Positions 1-6,458 of a DNA stretch of 12,330 nt are shown piece after piece. The translations under genes were made by a program, and so were the position numbers. The first letter of the stretch is position 1; the number at the start of each line of letters is the position of its first letter. The notes below the pieces were generated by a model that was not told the DNA's origin, ran no database searches, and saw only the letters and a program-made list of their open reading frames with translations. Source of the DNA: an uncultured Fibrobacterales bacterium (GTDB lineage: Bacteria > Fibrobacterota > Fibrobacteria > Fibrobacterales > CAWVXU01); NCBI GenBank assembly GCA_963934255.1, contig CAWVXU010000078.1, forward strand, positions 1 through 12,330, read 5' to 3'.

Positions 1-940
1 AATTTTTAAAAGCTTTACGCTCAATTTTTTCAATTTGAACGAGTTCATTATGTTTTTTTTGACCTTTTAGCTCATTCTTCAGGTCGCGCCAAGAATCTTG
101 ATCATACGGATTTAAATTGAGAGACTTTTTTAAAATTGCGATCTTTTCTCGTGGAGTGAGGCCTTCTTTTTTTGCGTTTTTTTTAAGCTCATTGGCTTTG
201 GCTTCCCTGAGAAGGGATAAATGAAATCTACCTTCAGGGGTTGCTGTATCTATTTCCTCAGGGATACCTTGTCCAGTTTTTGAGCTAGGTACTAAAACCA
301 AATTTTCTTTTGCTTTAACTACTTGGATTTTTTCTACAGCGGAAGGTGTTTTGTCTGAACCTTTTTTGTCTGAATTGCTTGGATTATAATATTGATTCAC
401 TGAAGGGGTGGTTGTTGTTTTACTTCCCGGAGGGGGAACTTGTTTTTGAGCCCTGCCTTGCTTTTTGTCAGAGTGCTTTGTGTGAGTGAATGACTTCTTG
501 GCTTTAGGGGTCAAATCTTTAAATAATAGAGGCAGGCTGAAAATTAAAATGATAAAAACAACTCCACTCCAGATGATTTTTTTTTGACGACGGCTAGATT
601 TAGATTGTGATTGCTTAAAATTATAGAGTACCCGAGGAACTTTTTCAGATTTGCCAAATGATTTATGTTTCCTAGGATCTTCAGGCTCTTCAGGCTCTTC
701 AGGGTTAAGTAGACTGTCTTTTGTTTGACTAATTTCTATGGCAGCTCCTGCAGCTTCCAACTCTACAAATAATGCCTTGGCTTTCATCTCATCCTGAATA
801 ATAGGAATCACCAATGGTATTTTTTTGAGAGATTCAGCCACAGTTTTAGCTTGCAAACCGCTGTGGTTTGCAATTAATTTGATCAACTCCTGGATCTTGG
901 AGGGATCTTTGATGCCGGTTATAGATATTTTATATGCCAT
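1..940 (-). CDS. Single-pass membrane protein, 3' end beyond the window edge (at least 313 aa): N-terminal L7/L12-CTD-like domain, TM helix, low-complexity linker, TPR-like segment
   Basis: Not in the ORF track because no stop lies in the window. Manual translation from ATG at 940 is open to position 2: MAYKISITGIKDPSKIQELIKLIANHSGLQAKTVAESLKKIPLVIPIIQDEMKAKALFVELEAAGAAIEI...RRQKK-IIWSGVVFIILIFSLPLLF (TM, 577-521)...ILKKSLNLNPYDQDSWRDL...ERKAFKN. Confidence 0.85.
   Translation of the reverse strand, partial: MAYKISITGIKDPSKIQELIKLIANHSGLQAKTVAESLKKIPLVIPIIQDEMKAKALFVELEAAGAAIEISQTKDSLLNPEEPEEPEDPRKHKSFGKSEKVPRVLYNFKQSQSKSSRRQKKIIWSGVVFIILIFSLPLLFKDLTPKAKKSFTHTKHSDKKQGRAQKQVPPPGSKTTTTPSVNQYYNPSNSDKKGSDKTPSAVEKIQVVKAKENLVLVPSSKTGQGIPEEIDTATPEGRFHLSLLREAKANELKKNAKKEGLTPREKIAILKKSLNLNPYDQDSWRDLKNELKGQKKHNELVQIEKIERKAFKN
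679..703. repeat. In-frame 9-bp tandem repeat (CTTCAGGCT x2.8) encoding a PEEPEEPED linker
   Basis: cttcaggct cttcaggct cttcagg read directly. It lies between the N-terminal domain and the TM helix of the 1..940 CDS. Confidence 0.8.
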
Positions 941-971
941 ATTATTGATATCGGCTTTTAGTGAATTAAAC

Positions 972-1164
972 TTCAGTTTTAACAATTTTTAAAAATCAGG
1001 TTTTACTCAAGGTTTCACAAAAAGTTTTACTTCGAATAAAAATGTAATCCTAGGTATTTAGGCCAAGTATGATATTTTCAGCCATTTTAATCAATGACAA
1101 AGTTGATATTAGACCGAGTTACAAGCTGTGCGAAATTTTGATAAAACTATGCTCAGGTTTTACT
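972..1164. promoter_or_regulatory. Divergent promoter region with a repeated 12-mer TCAGGTTTTACT (candidate regulator sites)
   Basis: Exact TCAGGTTTTACT at 996-1007 and 1153-1164. Degenerate in-phase copies at 1008-1019 (CAAGGTTTCACA), 1020-1031 (AAAAGTTTTACT) and 972-983. Function is inferred only. Confidence 0.35.
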
Positions 1165-1206
1165 AAATTTATTGGCATATATCGCCTTGAATAAATGAGT
1201 ATGATA

Positions 1207-2484
1207 ATGAAAGTTTTAGTTGTTGGAAGTGGTGGCCGCGAGCACACTCTTGTTCGTGAGATTGCCAAATCCTCTAAATGTACAGAAGTCATCGCAGCAC
1301 CGGGTAATCCAGGGATGCAAGGCCTCGCTCGTTTAGTGAATGTGGGAGCTGAAGATGTGCCAGGTCTTGTCGCTCTGGCACAAAAAGAAAATGTAGATCT
1401 AGTAGTTGTCGGCCCAGAAGTGGCTCTTGTACTTGGTCTTGCTGATGAGCTTCGAGCACTAAATATCGATGTGTTTGGGCCGTCCAAACTTGCTGCTCGT
1501 CTTGAAGGCTCTAAAGCTTTCTCCAAAGACATCATGGCTAAATATGATGTACCTACTGCCAAGTATCAAAACTTCACGGATAAAAATGAAGCACTTGCTT
1601 ATCTCCAATCTGAGGGCGCTCCTATTGTAGTCAAAGCTTCTGGTTTGGCCGCGGGCAAAGGTGCTATTGTCTGTATGACAATGGATGAAGCAGTTAGTGC
1701 AGTGGAAGATATGCTCGGTGATGCCGCAATTTTTGGTGAGTCCGGAGCTGAAGTAGTCATTGAAGAATTTATGACAGGTGAAGAAGCTTCAATTTTTGCC
1801 TTGTGTGATGGTGCTGATTATGTGACTTTGAGTCCAGCTCAAGATCACAAACGCATCTTTGACGGTGACCAAGGCCCCAATACTGGTGGAATGGGAGCTT
1901 ATGCTCCTGCTGGGATAGTGACAGATGAATTACTCGCCGAGATTAAAAAAACAATAATAGAGCCTACTCTGAATGGTATGATCCAAGAGGGTTGCCCTTA
2001 TCATGGTGTACTTTATGTGGGGATTATGACCACACCAGAAGGACCTAAAGTAGTGGAATACAACTGTCGTTTTGGTGATCCAGAGTGTCAAATTGTACTG
2101 CCTCTTTATAAAGGTGATGTACTTGAATTATTAAATGCATGTGCTACTGGTAAAATCAGCTCAATCCAGATTGAAGAAAACGAAGGCTCAAGTGCTATTG
2201 TGGTTCTTGCTTCAGGTGGATACCCGGGGTCTTATGCTAAAGGCAAAGAAATTTCCGGCATCAACGATATGCCGACAAATGTGCATATAATCCATGCAGG
2301 TACTCAGGTGCAAGAGGGTAAATTACTAACTTCGGGTGGACGAGTTCTAGGAGTTGTCGGTCAGGGTGCTGAACTTAAAGAAGCCCTTGATTTGTGTTAT
2401 GAATGTGTAGATAAAATTAATTTTGAAGACATGTATTTCCGTAAGGATATTGGTCAGAAGGGTCTAAAAAGATGTTCAAATTAA
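1207..2484 (+). CDS. purD: Phosphoribosylamine--glycine ligase (GAR synthetase)
   Basis: MKVLVVGSGGREH N-terminus, VVGPE, RLEGSKAFSK, KASGLAAGKG, QDHKRIFDGDQGPNTGGMGAY and EYNCRFGDPE motifs. In-frame ATGs at 1195, 1201 and 1207; 1207 matches the usual N-terminus. Confidence 0.98.
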   Translation: MKVLVVGSGGREHTLVREIAKSSKCTEVIAAPGNPGMQGLARLVNVGAEDVPGLVALAQKENVDLVVVGPEVALVLGLADELRALNIDVFGPSKLAARLEGSKAFSKDIMAKYDVPTAKYQNFTDKNEALAYLQSEGAPIVVKASGLAAGKGAIVCMTMDEAVSAVEDMLGDAAIFGESGAEVVIEEFMTGEEASIFALCDGADYVTLSPAQDHKRIFDGDQGPNTGGMGAYAPAGIVTDELLAEIKKTIIEPTLNGMIQEGCPYHGVLYVGIMTTPEGPKVVEYNCRFGDPECQIVLPLYKGDVLELLNACATGKISSIQIEENEGSSAIVVLASGGYPGSYAKGKEISGINDMPTNVHIIHAGTQVQEGKLLTSGGRVLGVVGQGAELKEALDLCYECVDKINFEDMYFRKDIGQKGLKRCSN

Positions 2485-2948
2485 ACGAAAAAGCAACTGT
2501 TGGAATTGTTACCGGTTCAGCTTCAGATAAACCTATTGTAGATAAAGTAACTAGTGTTCTTGACACCTTTGGTGTCGAGTGGGAATGGAACGTATTAAGT
2601 GCTCATCGCACACCTGTTGCAGTCGGCAAATATACTATGGAAGCTGAAGGCCGTGGTCTTAAAATTTTGGTAGGTATCGCAGGACTTGCAGCTGCACTTC
2701 CGGGTGTACTTGCAGCTCATACTTTACTTCCTGTTATTGGTGTACCAGGGGATGGTGGCCCACTTCAAGGTGCTGATGCTTTACACTCAATTGTTCAGAT
2801 GCCTCCTGGTATCCCTGTGGCGACAGTGGGTATTGGCAATGGCAAAAACGCAGCTTATTTAGCTATTCATATTTTGTCTTTATTTGAGCCTGAACTGCGT
2901 ACTAAGCTTGCTGATTACCGCAAAAGCTTAGGTGATATTGAACATTAG
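2472..2948 (+). CDS. purE: N5-CAIR mutase / AIR carboxylase family protein
   Basis: GSASD, SAHRTP, AGLAAALPG, PVIGVP and SIVQMPPGIPVATV motifs. Overlaps the purD stop by 13 nt. Confidence 0.97.
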   Translation: MFKLNEKATVGIVTGSASDKPIVDKVTSVLDTFGVEWEWNVLSAHRTPVAVGKYTMEAEGRGLKILVGIAGLAAALPGVLAAHTLLPVIGVPGDGGPLQGADALHSIVQMPPGIPVATVGIGNGKNAAYLAIHILSLFEPELRTKLADYRKSLGDIEH

Positions 2949-2963
2949 GTTTCACTTATTTCT

Positions 2964-3602
2964 ATGATAAACAATGATGATATTGATCAAATTATGGTCG
3001 CGCAAAACACTCTCCAGTCGGGGGGTGTTTTGTTGTATCCTACTGAAACTATTTTTGGGCTAGGTTGTGATGCGCTTCAATATGATGCTGTTCAAAAAGT
3101 CAGAGAGATGAAGAGTCGTCCTGATAATAAATCCTTCTTAGTTTTGTGTTCTTCTTTGGATCAAGTCCGCAAGGATTTTGAACTCACTCAAGCCGAAGAT
3201 GAGTTTTTGTCCAAACTATGGCCGGCACCTTGTACTGTGGTTCTTAGGCCAAAACACCACAAGCTAAAAGACCTTTGTTCAGAGAGCGGAGGATTAGGGG
3301 TCAGGTGGTCAAGTCATCCCCTTTTGACTAAATTATTTGAGAAGTGGGATGGATATTTGTTATCTACATCAGCCAATTTATCTGGTGAAAGTTATTCAGA
3401 TACTCAAGGCCATCTCGAATCAATATTTAAAGATAAAGTAGATATGATAATCGGTCTCGAAGAACACTATAAATTGATGGGCCAAAGGGATGTTGTGTTA
3501 CCCTCTTCAGTCATACAATTAGAGCCTGAATTTCAAGTTTTTCGTTCGGGTGCGATTGATTCAAATGAACTCAAACACCATTGGCACAATACAATATCAT
3601 GA
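2964..3602 (+). CDS. tsaC: L-threonylcarbamoyladenylate synthase (TsaC/YrdC family, t6A biosynthesis)
   Basis: YPTETIFGLGCDA, KSRPDNK and STSANLSG motifs. Single-domain length (212 aa), with no Sua5 C-terminal extension. Confidence 0.93.
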   Translation: MINNDDIDQIMVAQNTLQSGGVLLYPTETIFGLGCDALQYDAVQKVREMKSRPDNKSFLVLCSSLDQVRKDFELTQAEDEFLSKLWPAPCTVVLRPKHHKLKDLCSESGGLGVRWSSHPLLTKLFEKWDGYLLSTSANLSGESYSDTQGHLESIFKDKVDMIIGLEEHYKLMGQRDVVLPSSVIQLEPEFQVFRSGAIDSNELKHHWHNTIS

Positions 3603-4513
3603 TAAGAATACAAAAGTTTAAAACCACATCTTGTTTGCTCTTGATTTTATTAATGATCCAAGGCCTTGTGAGCCTTTGCCTGGCTGAAGAGATGAATACT
3701 TCTACTTCATCAACGTTAAAGGAATCAACCCCCAAAGCATTAACTGTCAAACCAACGATTACCCTAGAAGACAAAAGTATCAAAAGCTATTTGGCTCAAC
3801 GGGATGAGCAGTGGAACAAACTTTTGGAGAAAAATCACTTCTTAAAAGGTGAGAAGCTTGTCTATAATATTTCTTGGGGTTTTATTAATGCGGGAGTTGC
3901 TCGAATGGAAACTAAGCTTTTACCAGACAAGAAAATATTACATCAATCACACGCACACGCTTATGATGCGCTTCAGAGTATTTATCCGGTTTTTGATACC
4001 ATCACCACATTAATGCAAGGGCCTGATTTATTACCTAATGAGTTTTATAAAATCACCAACGAAGGTGGTTATCACTCGAGAACTAGAGTCGTTTATGATC
4101 AATTACTTGGTCAAGCAGTCATGGGTGACTCGATACTTAACGGCAAAGGCAAAGTAAAAAAACAAAGAGATACCACTGTGACACTTGATGGTCCTAGTCA
4201 TAGTATCACAAGTGCTTTTGTATTGATAAGGACTCTAGATTTAAGACCCAAAGAGACCTATGAATTTTATGCTGTATCAGGCAAAAAAAAGTATAAGCTC
4301 AAAGTGATTGCTCATGGCTATGAAACTATAGAAGTGGGGGACAAAAAGTATAAATGTCTCAGGGTTGAGCCCGTTCTTGATGAAGATGGGTTGTTTCAAT
4401 CCAAAGGAAAGCTCAACATTTGGATCACTCGAGATAAGCGCAAGCTCCCTGTTTTAGTGCGCTCTAAGATCGCTATAGGGTCCATTGAATTAGAGCTGAT
4501 ATCCCACAAATAA
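3599..4513 (+). CDS. Exported DUF3108-family protein
   Basis: ATG at 3599 forms an ATGA overlap with the tsaC stop. Signal peptide (KFK...LLLILLMIQGLVSLCLA). GEKLVYNISWGFINAG and IWITRDKRKLPVLVRSKIAIGSIELEL resemble the ends of DUF3108. Confidence 0.75.
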   Translation: MIRIQKFKTTSCLLLILLMIQGLVSLCLAEEMNTSTSSTLKESTPKALTVKPTITLEDKSIKSYLAQRDEQWNKLLEKNHFLKGEKLVYNISWGFINAGVARMETKLLPDKKILHQSHAHAYDALQSIYPVFDTITTLMQGPDLLPNEFYKITNEGGYHSRTRVVYDQLLGQAVMGDSILNGKGKVKKQRDTTVTLDGPSHSITSAFVLIRTLDLRPKETYEFYAVSGKKKYKLKVIAHGYETIEVGDKKYKCLRVEPVLDEDGLFQSKGKLNIWITRDKRKLPVLVRSKIAIGSIELELISHK

Positions 4514-4684
4514 GAAGAAAATTAGTCAAAACCAATGATTTCCCTCTGATTCTCTGATTACTTTGGCTCAGTGAACTAAAAAACCCACAAAAAGTCAGCT
4601 CTGACTGAACTCATAGAGACCAAATAACTTATATTCAAAAGGATTTTAAGAATCCAACGCATAGTTATTTCAGGACGGTTTATT

Positions 4685-5554
4685 TTGAAAACGAAGAGTA
4701 CATTATTATTTATTTTTGTTTTAGGGCTAATAAGCAGCTCATTTGCTCAGCAATACGAAGTTGCTTTCCCTACATTAACTGATCCTCAGTATAAAGCAAG
4801 AGAGTTAAATGCTACCTACCTAAATTCTGAAAAAGCTCGCCGTGAAGATGAGTTTGCGACTTCTCTGAAGCGCCGAAATTTCTTAAAGGACCGATTGATT
4901 GTTCAAGCTGGATTTGGTTCTAAATATTTTGCTCACATTAATGAAGAGTCTCAAGTCTTTTTAGATGTAGCTTACGGCTTTGGTATTGAATACATCGCTA
5001 CTAATGGTCTAGCATTTTATGTTACTTATGGACAGTTTAATGCAATTGAAGACGAAGGTGTTCCTGAACAAAATAATGGGGGAGTAATCACTCCAGCTCA
5101 AACAATTGCCGGTGGATTTGGGAGTCGAATTGGTATTGGTTATTATTTCCTCCCTAAATTTGCGCTTCACCCAGGCGTCTCCGTTTCTTATGGTAAGACT
5201 CTTGTGGGTCACCGTCGTGATGCAGATCTTGCCGGGTACCGTGCAATGGTTTCTAACTCAGGGTTTAATTTTGATGCGAATATCACTTATTTAGATTATA
5301 ACTTTTGGTATCTGACAATTAATGCGGGTGTGGGGCTTTCAAGTGAAAATGCTTCATTAGAAGAAGAAGATGGTGAATTAAAATCTATCATTATTGATGA
5401 AGCTGGATTTGATAAAACGAGTGGATTTGCTGGAACAAAAACCTGGAACCCTGTCTTTGGTTTTGGTATTGGAATTGCCTTTGCAGACATCTTCCCCGAT
5501 ATCACCGAAAAGCGTCGTCGCGAACGTGCCAAAGCATTTAATAGAATTAGATAA
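4685..5554 (+). CDS. Putative outer-membrane beta-barrel protein (about 8 strands)
   Basis: TTG start with AGGA at 4672-4675. Signal peptide ending SSFA-Q. Amphipathic Gly/aromatic strands: IVQAGFG, YGFGIEY, LAFYVTYG, SRIGIGYYF, HPGVSVSYG, FNFDANITY, YLTINAGVG, VFGFGIGIAF. Confidence 0.7.
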   Translation: MKTKSTLLFIFVLGLISSSFAQQYEVAFPTLTDPQYKARELNATYLNSEKARREDEFATSLKRRNFLKDRLIVQAGFGSKYFAHINEESQVFLDVAYGFGIEYIATNGLAFYVTYGQFNAIEDEGVPEQNNGGVITPAQTIAGGFGSRIGIGYYFLPKFALHPGVSVSYGKTLVGHRRDADLAGYRAMVSNSGFNFDANITYLDYNFWYLTINAGVGLSSENASLEEEDGELKSIIIDEAGFDKTSGFAGTKTWNPVFGFGIGIAFADIFPDITEKRRRERAKAFNRIR

Positions 5555-5608
5555 TGTAATTTAACCATCATTGTATCATCTTTGATGGATAATCTTGATC
5601 AGATTTTA

Positions 5609-5638
5609 GGCTACCTCTGAGGTGGCTTTTATTGTTTT
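5609..5638 (+). terminator. Rho-independent terminator after the OMP gene
   Basis: GGCTACCT-ctg-AGGTGGCT stem (two G-U pairs) followed by TTTATTGTTTT. Confidence 0.7.
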
Positions 5639-5705
5639 ATCAGTTATATACTTTGTGATAAATTGATTTTAACCTATTGTTACATCTAGGATTTAGAGGG
5701 AGCCA

Positions 5706-6458
5706 GTGAAAATTCAAAACCTGATATGCGCAAAGTTTATTCGAAGATATAAACGATTTTTCATCGATGCAGAGCTTCAAAATGGTGAAACGGTGGTCGC
5801 TCATTGTCCCAATACCGGAAGCATGAAAACACTATTAGATCAGACTGACGAAGTTTGGATTCGATTTGATGATAACCCTAAACGCAAATTAAAATACACC
5901 GCAGAAATCCTCAAGCTTCAATCAGGTACTCTTGCCTTGATCAATACTCAGCGTCCCAATGCTATCATCGAAGAAGCATTGTCTTCAGGCCAAGTTGACT
6001 TTTTGTCCGATTTTAAAGTTTGGAAAAGAGAAGTGAAATACGGCAGCGAAAATTCCAAAATTGATATTTGGAGCCAATCAGGGGAGCAGGAAGTTTTTGT
6101 TGAAGTCAAAAACATGACCTTAATGGATCAACCGGGTTGGGGAAGTTTCCCTGATGCAGTGACGACACGAGGTCAAAAGCACCTTCGAGAATTACTAGAA
6201 GTAGCTCAAACAGATAATATGCAAGCGGTATTGTGTTTCTTAGTCTCTCGAGATGATGTTGAGACCTTTGGTATTGCCGGACATATTGACTCAACCTACC
6301 AAACTTTGTATGATGAAGCTGTAGCTGGAGGTGTTCAAGTGTGGGCTCCGACTGTTATTTATGAAGTGAGTAAAATGGGCCAAAATGAAAATGGCGATTC
6401 GTTGGTAGATGTAGAAATGACATTAGGCAAAGCATTGGATCAAAAAAAGTGGATATGA
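5706..6458 (+). CDS. sfsA: DNA/RNA nuclease SfsA (sugar fermentation stimulation protein A)
   Basis: RRYKRFF, AHCPNTGSM, REVKYG..SKID, VEVK (PD-(D/E)XK core) and FPDAVTTRGQKHL motifs. GTG start with a GAGGGAG RBS. Confidence 0.95.
   Translation: MKIQNLICAKFIRRYKRFFIDAELQNGETVVAHCPNTGSMKTLLDQTDEVWIRFDDNPKRKLKYTAEILKLQSGTLALINTQRPNAIIEEALSSGQVDFLSDFKVWKREVKYGSENSKIDIWSQSGEQEVFVEVKNMTLMDQPGWGSFPDAVTTRGQKHLRELLEVAQTDNMQAVLCFLVSRDDVETFGIAGHIDSTYQTLYDEAVAGGVQVWAPTVIYEVSKMGQNENGDSLVDVEMTLGKALDQKKWI

Noticed and set aside
53..585. T8-T9 homopolymers (53-60, 577-585) as phase-variation tracts
   Set aside because: They encode Lys-rich runs in an intact frame and are expected in AT-rich DNA.
941..1206. 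Purine or ZTP riboswitch upstream of purD
   Set aside because: The region is very AT-rich with no recognisable aptamer consensus or terminator hairpin by eye. An Rfam/Infernal scan would settle it.
1119..1562. 147-aa minus-strand ORF
   Set aside because: Antisense shadow of the highly conserved purD, with Ser/Thr/Arg-rich composition typical of shadow frames.
3571..6294. Small ORFs 3571-3783(-), 5009-5212(-), 5106-5294(+), 5296-5571(-), 6106-6294(-)
   Set aside because: All lie largely within better-supported genes and show no recognisable motifs.
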